NCBI GenBank assembly: GCA_043732185.1
Contig: JAYTHY010000059.1
Span: 28,962-92,961, forward strand
Origin: Fibrobacteria bacterium
GTDB lineage: Bacteria; Fibrobacterota; Fibrobacteria; UBA11236
Direction of reading: 5' to 3'
DNA: 64,000 nucleotides
The notes under the pieces were generated by a model. The model had not been told where the DNA came from. It did not search any database and worked only from the letters and a program-made list of their open reading frames with translations. A program made the translations under genes and the position numbers. Positions 10,001 to 17,880 of the stretch are shown in pieces. Numbering within the stretch: position 1 is the stretch's first letter; every line of letters begins with the position of its first letter.

Positions 10001-11251
10001 TCATCTAGTGAGGAGCAAACCATTGGCCAAGCTTTACAATTAGCTAAAAATAGTTCTGAAACCAATGCTCCCGGTGGTAATCGCAATGACCTCAAATACG
10101 CGCTCTTGGGCGAGCCAGTTATTATGCTACGTAAGCCAAAGTTGGGAATCACAATTACCCAAGCTCCGGACACCCTTAAAGCATTGGATTGCAACTCTAT
10201 CACAGGAAAGATTACCGGTGGCAGTGGGGCTGGTTTTGTAAACATTAAAATAGTTGCGGGTTCGATCCATAAGACATACGTCATCGGTCATGGCATGGTA
10301 GCCCAAGAAGTCGATAAGCGTGGAAATATTCTTTTCGAAAGGACCTTTCCGTATAAGGACTTCACCTTTTCCAGCGACTACTTTATCCCTAAACAAATTT
10401 CCTTTGGGGATTCTACAGCTCAAATTCTTTTTTTCGCCTGGGATGGAAAAGAGGAACGCGAGGGTCTAGCCGCCAGGCAGAATCTCCGTATTACTGGAAC
10501 CGCCACTAGTGCCTGCGCTACCGACACGGACGGAAAAGGCCCCCGCATTCAAATCACCGGCTGCCAGAAAAAGGAAACCGATGCAATTGACTTTCCCGAT
10601 CGGGTGAAGCTGCCTATACCGTATTGTCTGCAGGTCCAGGTGCAAGATTCAACAGGCGGTGTGCTGACTGGTCAGGGGCCGGATGAGGGCACAACGCTCG
10701 AAATTCCCGGTATCCTTGAGCCATTTCATCCCCAGCCTGGCATCGATGAACTCTATTACAAAACCTATCAGATTTCCCTCGACAAAAAAACCTTTAGGCC
10801 CGGCCAGCATTTGCTCAAAGTTTCGGCTCGGGACGGGTATGGCAATATCAGCGCGCGACAGATGGTGATGGATCTGACGGCAGATAGTTCATTGCAAACC
10901 GTGTCGGCCTACAACGTGCCCAATCCTATGAAACGAAACGGCACCACCTTTTACTTTTCCACCATCTTGCCTACGGAAGACGTCGACTTTGCCGATTTAA
11001 GCAATGCCGCGGATAGGGTAGGGTTTGAAATCCGGGTGTTTAATCAATCTGGAAAATTGGTTAAAGTTTTTCAGCACGCTTTAAGCGGTGAAATCCGCTG
11101 GGACGGGCATGATGAATGGGGCCAACTTTTGGCCAACGGGGTGTATTTCTACAAAATCACGGCGAGGCAGAGTTTGGCCAGTTTGGCTGGTGCTCGGCCA
11201 AGTTACCGTACTCTCAGTTCCAAGCGCAATGTCCTGATTATTTCGCGCTGA
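7001..11251 (+). CDS. porU: Type IX secretion sortase PorU-like protein (gingipain/peptidase C25) with propeptide and C-terminal FlgD-Ig/T9SS-like domain
   Basis: Signal peptide; GSPDLP propeptide; YVLLFGD, ATDDFYA, VGRLPV; catalytic NYVGHG and FSCTVG; LLGEP; C-terminal YNVPNP...WDGHDEWGQLLANGVYFY. Confidence 0.85.
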   Translation: MKPTSKQFPMTLRFVLILFLLIFLAIPALAESPLSQHQFERVLEDTPEKLVLEISNPDFNLVRVDEAGTFQVTCNGCSRSGIPGSPDLPVYRFDVITGTSAPQVKINILETETRTVMGGISPYPNFLSPTKMEYHADVRLFREAANLEPQLLNVRTLRGVPIRGIETPLTLWSESGKTLTLIKRMQVEVRFAGVFGQRATNRLSGSFAAAVKNPLGGAYLYRSNSPVALRKNSAAHFELGNRFIRFKIGDRNLENLDEDRVYGVSFSDLVRVATDLNGVSVSNLRMYTGPNDSLSRDMQAQILPGTLREIPIEVLDKNGNKTFDEGDSVRFFAHGTSLWTRLPGNRGPIRYEFTSDPYSFENYYFLDFSESGKTGAALRLSESASVPVVSPVKTSSYSYLRAEKDLQTAACDPSGHKDEETGFDWYWYWKGNGCEGDNGTTLSKSQLASDETDSLPDLDRSIPGDSIFVGFYVAQLVQDSGFTVYFGGNGDALDILRVPIQDTSVHPLPNYSPGSYYVWTKPVKDAPVFQLDSLKWPRERRFEGYTVSYRRNHVFSGKPLWIYPTEFGKPVSYKVSGGEGKQCLRIEDGVAVRRMVLDGSETFTDSLSVGANARYFIYSNATGLSPASTEFQSLPSTGTSLRNLETGDGENPEYIIVTPASLLHEALELKDYRNKVSRSVHVRTSVVQVEDIYRQFSSGRLSTVAIRDFLRWAYSGWGTKSSDSHALKYVLLFGDGNYDFRNIKASVMKAAPPNLIPPFECFPFDNDEIATDDFYAALDSNENDLLNLGLDVSVGRLPVQSADQAKAYLQKIKDYEDPTKAGEWRSRVIMAADDATQRGANGDYDPIPRGHTTDSDNLGKDINGNEPAVSVDKIYLLDYPMNSSYHKPEATQDLLSLINRGAVMVNYVGHGASNQWADEALLLTNDALSRMHNEGRTPMINAFSCTVGRFESLTGEGMSEQFVKQKGVGAIAAISSTRESYPEVNIALASAFYRRVFPADSSSEEQTIGQALQLAKNSSETNAPGGNRNDLKYALLGEPVIMLRKPKLGITITQAPDTLKALDCNSITGKITGGSGAGFVNIKIVAGSIHKTYVIGHGMVAQEVDKRGNILFERTFPYKDFTFSSDYFIPKQISFGDSTAQILFFAWDGKEEREGLAARQNLRITGTATSACATDTDGKGPRIQITGCQKKETDAIDFPDRVKLPIPYCLQVQVQDSTGGVLTGQGPDEGTTLEIPGILEPFHPQPGIDELYYKTYQISLDKKTFRPGQHLLKVSARDGYGNISARQMVMDLTADSSLQTVSAYNVPNPMKRNGTTFYFSTILPTEDVDFADLSNAADRVGFEIRVFNQSGKLVKVFQHALSGEIRWDGHDEWGQLLANGVYFYKITARQSLASLAGARPSYRTLSSKRNVLIISR

Positions 11252-11275
11252 AAATAATTATCGTCTCGTATTTAA

Positions 11276-11620
11276 TTAGAGTCCATATTTTCTGAAAACC
11301 ATTCCATTGGGTTCCACTCCAACCGGGATATTTTTTATCAGACTTTTAGGTGGAATTTTTAGGACGCTAACTGTGCCTGCTCCTTGGTTGGTAGCATAGC
11401 CATAAAGAACCCTGATCTGGACTTTTAGGTTAGGTGATGGGTAAATGGAGCCTCCTTGAGCGCAATGGCACGTGCTACTTCGTTTGTGATGGTAGCGATG
11501 CCTTTTTGCCCGACATTCCAAAACAAAGTTGAGACTTCGGCAATGTTTAATAGTGGAGAGGATCCATTCGCCACGGATGCTAACTGCAACAGATGAATAA
11601 TTCACCAGTGACCCGCACCA
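11276..11620 (-). pseudogene. Probable remnant of a YVTN/YncE beta-propeller gene
   Basis: ORF end YATNQGAGTVSVLKIPPKSLIKNIPVGVEPNGMVF is one YVTN-type blade; the upstream part of that ORF is not protein-like; another frame has ATITNEVARAIALKEAP. Confidence 0.45.
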
Positions 11621-11745
11621 AAATGTGCAGGGTTGACAGTCTTGCATGAATCGTGGGCCTTCTCAGGATAAAAATTAAGCCTGTTATTTTCTCCACTAGA
11701 TATCGCATGCGTGCAAAAGAGAACCGATGAATCCCAATATTAAAT

Positions 11746-11776
11746 GGAAACTCCAACTCAAATCGCTGGAGTTTCC
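11746..11776 (-). terminator. Hairpin, likely terminator of the minus-strand lipoprotein gene
   Basis: GGAAACTCCA-N11-TGGAGTTTCC perfect 10-bp inverted repeat 15 nt past the stop. Confidence 0.55.
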
Positions 11777-11790
11777 GAACAGAAGTTCAA

Positions 11791-12801
11791 TTAAGGCAAA
11801 TACTTGCGGGTGGTACCCGATTCCGATTTAAACTCAATAAAATAAGGTTCTGTGCCGGTTGGGTAAGTGAAAGTTAGCCCGCCGACTTTAGACTCATCAC
11901 CTTTGCCAACTTGATCCTTATCGCTGAAATGCCCAATTTTGGCGGTGGGTTTGAAAATATTTCCTTGACGATCAACTAAAGTAAACCCTTCGCTGGTAAA
12001 TAGGATTGGGCCGGAAGAGCCGTTAAAGGCCCGAACCTGCACCTTCAAAGAGGTCGCACCCGGTTCCAATTTTACGATTCCCAGCAATATTCCATATTTG
12101 TTGATCCGGAAATCAGGACGTTCCCCTAAATCCACTTCATCGTTATCATACATCAGATAGGTATTGAGATTGAGTTTTCGAATTTGGGACCAAAGATCCT
12201 TCATCTCTGCAGACTCTCCTCCCATGATCAAGGCGAGCTTATTCATTTTATAATCGGCAACGATTCCCGCTGTCGGTTGAGTAGCAGCATCCTTAAAAGT
12301 CGCGGCAATTTCGGAAAGTTTTTTAGCTGCGTATTCCTTGCGAATTCCAGCGACTTTGGATGTTGCTGAACCGTGTCCTCCGCCAAGGCTTTCGGCAGTT
12401 TGAAGAAAGCGGAAGCCGCTTTCAGCTTCTTCACTGCTGCCCAATTTCAATCTTTGCATGCCGATGTCTTCCAAAGTCTGCGTGAACAATGCCTGATTGG
12501 CAGGATCCGGATTCTGGGTCAAAAGACTTGCGACCGTATCTTTGAGAATATCCAGAAACTCTGCCGTGGGATCTTCCTTTGCGCGCAATGCCATCGCCTG
12601 AATATTGACCAACGTGTAATTTTTAGGAAATTCCGGGGATACTTTGCCTCTTTTCAAGGCCTCTTCATATTGCATTAAGGCGCGCAGCGGGTCCCCGGCC
12701 TTGCGGTAAGTATCACCAGAAGCTTCTTGGCGTGACCGGCAACCCGTCAGGAAAAAAGCCAGCATCAGAGTGCTCCATAGCATTGCCTTGGTAGTCTTCA
12801 T
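11791..12801 (-). CDS. Hypothetical lipoprotein (helical/TPR-like N-part, DUF4352-like Ig C-terminus)
   Basis: ATG 12801 with AAGGA SD; lipobox FLTGC; C-terminal VRAFNGS...FTLVDRQGNIF...GGLTF pattern. Confidence 0.65.
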   Translation of the reverse strand: MKTTKAMLWSTLMLAFFLTGCRSRQEASGDTYRKAGDPLRALMQYEEALKRGKVSPEFPKNYTLVNIQAMALRAKEDPTAEFLDILKDTVASLLTQNPDPANQALFTQTLEDIGMQRLKLGSSEEAESGFRFLQTAESLGGGHGSATSKVAGIRKEYAAKKLSEIAATFKDAATQPTAGIVADYKMNKLALIMGGESAEMKDLWSQIRKLNLNTYLMYDNDEVDLGERPDFRINKYGILLGIVKLEPGATSLKVQVRAFNGSSGPILFTSEGFTLVDRQGNIFKPTAKIGHFSDKDQVGKGDESKVGGLTFTYPTGTEPYFIEFKSESGTTRKYLP

Positions 12802-13000
12802 CTTTTTTCCTTTTGTTTTCCACCGCGTTCGGAGCGTGCCAAAGTCGGTTGGGTTTTTAATAGTAGGCCGAGCCTTAGAACGAGAGAAAAAATAATCGAA
12901 GCTGGCCACCTTTTGTGTGAGTTTTTCCAGCTTTTTTCTTGTGAAAGGGAGACTGGATACTTGCCAAGGCCTTCATGCTTTGAATAGCTTTGCAGCCTCC

Positions 13001-13074
13001 GGGCCCATAGCTCAGTTGGTTAGAGCAAGCGACTCATAATCGCTTGGTCCTTGGTTCAAGTCCAAGTGGGCCCA
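13001..13074 (+). tRNA. ileX: tRNA-Ile2 (CAT, lysidine type)
   Basis: Acceptor GGGCCCA/TGGGCCC, discriminator A; anticodon arm AGCGA-CTCATAA-TCGCT closely resembles E. coli ileX; no encoded CCA; upstream TTGCCA-18-TAGCTT. Confidence 0.85.
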
Positions 13075-13096
13075 CTTTAACCGCCGGGCGGGAATA

Positions 13097-13711
13097 GTGA
13101 AGAAGATTATTTTTTGGGGCGATAGCTTATTGGCGGGATCCAATGGATTCGCGGAGCTTTTGTCGCTACACATTTTCTTGCATCATCCTCAAGCCAACAT
13201 TGTTACCAGTATTTATGGGGGTGGCCCCGTTACCTGGCAGGAAACGCTTCCAGAAGCCCCGCTGCATGTTATTGGAAAAGCGCCTGATCTGGTAGTTTTG
13301 GGATTTGGCAGTGCGGACCTTATGCTGGGGAAGACCCCAGAAGTGGTTTGGACGGATGCCCAAACCAGTTTGGCATTGATGCTTCAAAAAACCCATAGCC
13401 GCATTTGCTTGATCTCCTTGATTTCCAGCTTCTTTATGGAAGAACAGGAGCGTGAAGCGTGTCGGGCCATTAACGATAGAATGCGTGCATTAGCCGTAAA
13501 CCGAGTGGAATGGATTGAATTGGATGCACCGGTAGAAAACTTTCTTATTCAACACCGCCAGGGAACAGGGGAGAAGCATTCCTTGCATTTGGACAATACG
13601 CGATTGACGCCCCTGGGAAGGCTATTTCTGGCGCACCACGCCTTTCGCCTCATTTCCTGGCCCGGATTGTCAGGGCACGGAATTTTTCCTATATCCCAGG
13701 ACCATTCTTAA
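13097..13711 (+). CDS. SGNH/GDSL hydrolase-fold protein with altered catalytic blocks
   Basis: IIFWGDSL, PDLVVLGFGSAD, DNTRLTPLG. Confidence 0.75.
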   Translation: MKKIIFWGDSLLAGSNGFAELLSLHIFLHHPQANIVTSIYGGGPVTWQETLPEAPLHVIGKAPDLVVLGFGSADLMLGKTPEVVWTDAQTSLALMLQKTHSRICLISLISSFFMEEQEREACRAINDRMRALAVNRVEWIELDAPVENFLIQHRQGTGEKHSLHLDNTRLTPLGRLFLAHHAFRLISWPGLSGHGIFPISQDHS

Positions 13712-13728
13712 AGCGGCCTGGAGGACAG

Positions 13729-14061
13729 ATGGCAGAAGATGACAACCACTCGCGATTCCTCCGTAAAAATCTGGCGCTAAGCAAAGCCTACGAAATTGAG
13801 AAGAAGGACAAATTCAAGGATAAGTCCTCGCGCGGTGAAATCAAGCCGGATACAGTCGCTTGCTATCGTTGCAAAAAACTCCGGCCTTGCCTGAAGTTCG
13901 GCATCATGGAAACAGGCCGCGCAGAGGGTGCGGTTTCGGTTTCAAACGAATATGTCCCGTTATGCGAAGAATGCGCCCCAAAGCGCAAAAAAGATCCGAA
14001 TGAATTGAATGCCAAGCAAATCAGCTCCCTTTTACGGGGTGCCCGCCGCGGACGTTTATAA
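13729..14061 (+). CDS. Small basic hypothetical protein with two CxxC pairs (possible Zn ribbon)
   Basis: GGAGG SD; CYRC ... CEEC. Confidence 0.65.
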   Translation: MAEDDNHSRFLRKNLALSKAYEIEKKDKFKDKSSRGEIKPDTVACYRCKKLRPCLKFGIMETGRAEGAVSVSNEYVPLCEECAPKRKKDPNELNAKQISSLLRGARRGRL

Positions 14062-14075
14062 GATTCTTGATTAAT

Positions 14076-14118
14076 TTAAAATCCGGATTTATTTAAAGTC
14101 CGATAATCCTGATTTTAA
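14076..14118. terminator. AT-rich imperfect hairpin between convergent genes
   Basis: TTAAAATCCGGATT ... AATCCTGATTTTAA. Confidence 0.4.
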
Positions 14119-14134
14119 CGATGAGCCGCTGGAA

Positions 14135-14593
14135 TCAGGTATAGCTTTGCTTCATTTCGCTGATCTCGGATAGGAATTCCTTTATCTCTTGGAACTTCCG
14201 ATAAACCGAAGCGAAGCGGATATAAGCGACTTCATCAACCGGAAATAGGCCTTTCATCGTGAGCTCACCGATGGTTTTGCTACTGATTTCGCCTTCAGCC
14301 ATTCCCTGGATTTGATTTTCAATACTATCGACCATCTGATCGATTGTCTCAACGGAAATGGGGCGCTTTTTACAAGCCATATGCAGGCCAGACAGGATTT
14401 TCTGGCGGTCATAGGGTTCGCGTCGACCATCTGCCTTAACAATGGTTAAGGGAATCGTTTCCACATATTCATACGTGGTGTACCGCTGACTGCAGCTCAG
14501 GCATTCTCGGCGCCGGCGAATAGCCTTTCCCTCGCGGCTACTTCGGGAGTCCACCACTTTATCTTCTTCACAATTACAGAAAGGACATTTCAT
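14135..14593 (-). CDS. nrdR: Transcriptional repressor NrdR
   Basis: MKCPFC...VVDSR...IRRRREC, ATP-cone, DEVAYIRFASVY. Confidence 0.98.
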   Translation of the reverse strand: MKCPFCNCEEDKVVDSRSSREGKAIRRRRECLSCSQRYTTYEYVETIPLTIVKADGRREPYDRQKILSGLHMACKKRPISVETIDQMVDSIENQIQGMAEGEISSKTIGELTMKGLFPVDEVAYIRFASVYRKFQEIKEFLSEISEMKQSYT

Positions 14594-14698
14594 AGAGCTT
14601 TTTAGGAATATATCCAGATCTCAACAACTAATCAACAGATTTTGTTGAAAACCGCTTAAAAACGCCACTTTTCGTGGAACTCGTGACGTAAAAGGGAG

Positions 14699-16372
14699 TT
14701 ATCCCTGTTCCAGTTCTAATGTTTTGGTAATGGCATCACAGACTTCAGTCGGGCCAAAATATTGTATGGGACCAGGATAAATAAAGGCATCTTCTAGCTC
14801 CCATTTGGTCTGACCGGCCTTTAGCGCTCGAAATGCAGGACCTTCCAGGTCCACTAGGGCTTTTTGAATCACCGGTTTTAGGTGGCCGTGACGCGTTTCC
14901 ATGTTGAAAAGCATGGTGATGGGAATGCCTCCCGCAGCCCATTGGTCGATGCCCTTGGACACTCCGCGGATGGAAGCCATGTAGCCAGTTTTTCCGGAAC
15001 GAACCAAAACCGCGGCCACGCAGCCGAGGCTGTAACAATAATCTGCGTCGAAATTGGATGGGGCTGCAGCCCGGCCTTCATAGCCAAAGAAATGCCGCTG
15101 GCTGGCGAACTTTCCTGAAAATTCCGGGGAACTTTTGAGCTTTCGTCCGACTAATTCCGCGAGTAGCGCATCGGTTTCAATTAAGGAAACCTGTACGTTA
15201 CCGTGGGGATCGCGGTCCAACAGAAGTTGCATTTGAATATTCTGTGGAAGCGACGCAAAGGTGCCTTTAAGATCGTCCGCGAGCCAACCGGTCATTGCAG
15301 AAATCTTGGCGGCCAGTGATTCCAATTTCGCAAAAGTGGCTTCATGCTTGGCAAGCAAATCATTGAGGGTGCCGATTAATTTTTTGAAAGATGGAATAAA
15401 TTCAATCAGTCCTTCCGGGATCAGGACGACGCCATAGTTTTTTCCAGCTGCAGCGCGGGCAGAAATCACCCTCGCAATATCTGCCACGATTTGTTCCAGA
15501 CTTAGATTGGTTTTCTCAACTTCTTCGGAAATCAAGGTTACATTCGCATGCGTTTGTAAACCTGCTTCCAAGGCAATATGGCTAGCGGAACGCCCCATCA
15601 GTTTCACAAAATGCCAGTACTTCTTAGCTGATCCAGCATCCCGGGCAATATTTCCGATGAGTTCGGAATAGGTCTTAACGGCTGTGTCGAAACCGAAAGA
15701 AATGGGGATGTACGAATTTTTTAGGTCGCCATCGATGGTTTTGGGCACGCCGATAACGGAGGTGGTCAATCCTTTGCTTTGTAGGTATTCTGCCAAGATA
15801 GCGGCATTGGTATTGGAATCGTCCCCGCCGATAATGACTACCGCATTCAATTCCAACCGCTTGATCACTTCAATGCAACGGTCAAATTGTTCCGTGGTTT
15901 CCAGCTTGGTCCGGCCAGAACCAATGATGTCAAATCCACCGGTGTTTCGATACGCGTCCATAATTTCGGCTGAAATAATTTGATATTTGCCTTTCTCAAG
16001 TCCGCCGGGTCCAGCTAGAAAGCCGTATAGCTGGCTATCAGGATGGATCGCACGAATGCTGTCAAATATTCCAGCGATAACATTGTGACCACCGGGGGCT
16101 TGGCCTCCGGAGAGTACCACGCCAACTCGGAGTGGTTTGGCAGCGGCGCTGTTTTCATTCGTAGCTTGAAAACTTAAAATCGGTTTGCCGTAGGTATGGG
16201 GAAAGCTCTTCTTGATCAGATCCTGATCTTTCGCAGCCTCAGCCGCAGCGCCCTCAACAACTTGCACCTTGGCAATGCCGTGTCGTAGCGAGGTGGGAAC
16301 TTTGGGATGGTACTGTTGCCGGTGCTTTTCAAGAGTCGAGATTTGTAACACGCTGTTCCTTTGGTCGATCAT
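14699..16372 (-). CDS. pfp: Pyrophosphate-dependent phosphofructokinase (long clade)
   Basis: SGGQAPGGHNVIAG, GGDDSNTNA, PKTIDGDLK, KLMGRSASH, YPGPIQYFG; alternative GTG start at 16351 with AGGA SD. Confidence 0.96.
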   Translation of the reverse strand: MIDQRNSVLQISTLEKHRQQYHPKVPTSLRHGIAKVQVVEGAAAEAAKDQDLIKKSFPHTYGKPILSFQATNENSAAAKPLRVGVVLSGGQAPGGHNVIAGIFDSIRAIHPDSQLYGFLAGPGGLEKGKYQIISAEIMDAYRNTGGFDIIGSGRTKLETTEQFDRCIEVIKRLELNAVVIIGGDDSNTNAAILAEYLQSKGLTTSVIGVPKTIDGDLKNSYIPISFGFDTAVKTYSELIGNIARDAGSAKKYWHFVKLMGRSASHIALEAGLQTHANVTLISEEVEKTNLSLEQIVADIARVISARAAAGKNYGVVLIPEGLIEFIPSFKKLIGTLNDLLAKHEATFAKLESLAAKISAMTGWLADDLKGTFASLPQNIQMQLLLDRDPHGNVQVSLIETDALLAELVGRKLKSSPEFSGKFASQRHFFGYEGRAAAPSNFDADYCYSLGCVAAVLVRSGKTGYMASIRGVSKGIDQWAAGGIPITMLFNMETRHGHLKPVIQKALVDLEGPAFRALKAGQTKWELEDAFIYPGPIQYFGPTEVCDAITKTLELEQG

Positions 16373-16574
16373 TCATGCAGGATACTTATGCCGAGAAATT
16401 CGGTGAACTCAAGGGGCTAAAATTAATTTGCTTGGCGGCGAAATACGAGCCAGTCGGGCTCTGAATTGCCAGAATGCAGCTAAGTTCGTTTGGTTCTTTC
16501 ACCCAGGTTGCATTTCATTGACGGAAAGCGAGCGGTTTTGGTAACTTTACCCCCTTCGACCAAAAAATTGGTAA

Positions 16575-16651
16575 CGGGATGTGGCTCAGTCTGGTAGAGT
16601 ACCTGAATGGGGTTCAGGTGGTCGTGGGTTCGAATCCCGCCATCCCGACCA
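16575..16651 (+). tRNA. tRNA-Pro (GGG)
   Basis: CGGGATG/CATCCCG acceptor, anticodon arm CCTGA-ATGGGGT-TCAGG, GTTCGAATC T-loop, encoded CCA. Confidence 0.95.
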
Positions 16652-16692
16652 ATGGGGGGATCCTGTGAAAACGGAATCTCCCCATTTTTTTA
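16652..16692 (+). terminator. Intrinsic terminator after tRNA-Pro
   Basis: ATGGGGGGATCC...GGAATCTCCCCAT followed by a T-run. Confidence 0.7.
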
Positions 16693-16982
16693 CAATTCAC
16701 CTACTTTTTTGCCCAATCTTCTTAGCCAAATGTCTTTAGAATGTAGGGACTATTTGACAAATAGGGGACGACTCGGCACCGGTTTTCACTAGCATCTATC
16801 GGCCTTTCGAGCCCCATATTGCGCTGTGCGGATTTCATACCTGAATCCGCGTAATTATTACTGGCAAAGGATTGGATTCGGGCATAAATATTATCTATCG
16901 TTTGAGAGTTATTTTGTTTTGATAGTACCGCGATAGTCCAAATTTGAATTCCGACGCAGTTTGCGTTTGCATGAAAGGCAAT

Positions 16983-17789
16983 ATGAAATCTTTATTTTAT
17001 TCTAAATCCGCTCTTTTTGGGGCAGCCACCTTGCTTCTGGCTGCAGTTACGGCCCCATCCTCCCAGGTTACGGCTCCACCCTTTCGCATAAATTGTGGCG
17101 GACCGGCTTTCACGGACTCCAAAGGAATGGAGTGGGAAGCTGATAGCCACTACACTGGTGGAGATACATATGTAACAGGTGAAATGATTTCCTTGACCGA
17201 CGAAAGCACTCTCTATCAAACCGAACGCTGGTTTGATCCAGCTCGTGATCCTTTGAAATATGATTTTACTGTACCCGATGGCAGTTATATGGTGCGATTG
17301 CATATGGCTGAGATATATGCACCTTGGTTCTTCGTCGGGGGTCGCGTTTTTAACATTGCTATAAACGATGTCACTGTGGCAGAAAACTATGACATTTTCG
17401 CTGAAGTCGGCGGCAATGTCGCTTCGATTAAGGAATATCCAGTCACGGTGACGACAGGAGCAATTTCAATTTCCTTTACCAATATTGCCCAACATGCCAA
17501 GGTTAATGCAATTGAAGTACTCGACGCGTCTACGGTTCATTCAATGTTGCACGGCAAGGTGAACAATTTCCTTAATATCAAATCCACCGGCGCAACTATT
17601 TCTGTGTTGTCCGCGTTTCCTTCCGCTTATTCCGTTGCATTGCGGGATATAACGGGAAGTAAGCTAGATCAGAAGTCTGGAATGGGTGCAGGTGAACAAC
17701 GCTTTAATAACTTGCATCCCGGTGTTTATTTTGTGGATGCCAAATCTGGCAGCACAATGTTCACCAAAAAAGTGTGTGTCCTTCCTTAA
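16983..17789 (+). CDS. Secreted malectin (CBM57-like) domain protein with T9SS-type C-terminal domain
   Basis: Signal peptide; RINCGG, WEAD, LYQTER, VRLHMAEIY, GGRVFNI, DIFAEVG, AKVNAIEV; C-terminal DITGSK...PGVYFV...TKKV. Confidence 0.85.
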   Translation: MKSLFYSKSALFGAATLLLAAVTAPSSQVTAPPFRINCGGPAFTDSKGMEWEADSHYTGGDTYVTGEMISLTDESTLYQTERWFDPARDPLKYDFTVPDGSYMVRLHMAEIYAPWFFVGGRVFNIAINDVTVAENYDIFAEVGGNVASIKEYPVTVTTGAISISFTNIAQHAKVNAIEVLDASTVHSMLHGKVNNFLNIKSTGATISVLSAFPSAYSVALRDITGSKLDQKSGMGAGEQRFNNLHPGVYFVDAKSGSTMFTKKVCVLP

Positions 17790-17880
17790 TCGATCAGCAA
17801 GTTGACTCTTTAGACTTTTCAGCGCCGCGAGACATCGCGGCGGAACACATCGAAAGGTCTACCTCCTCAAGCTCTAAAAT

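Noticed and set aside
13001..13074. CAT tRNA as elongator or initiator Met
   Set aside because: Paired G1:C72, no triple G-C anticodon stem, and close resemblance to ileX favour Ile2
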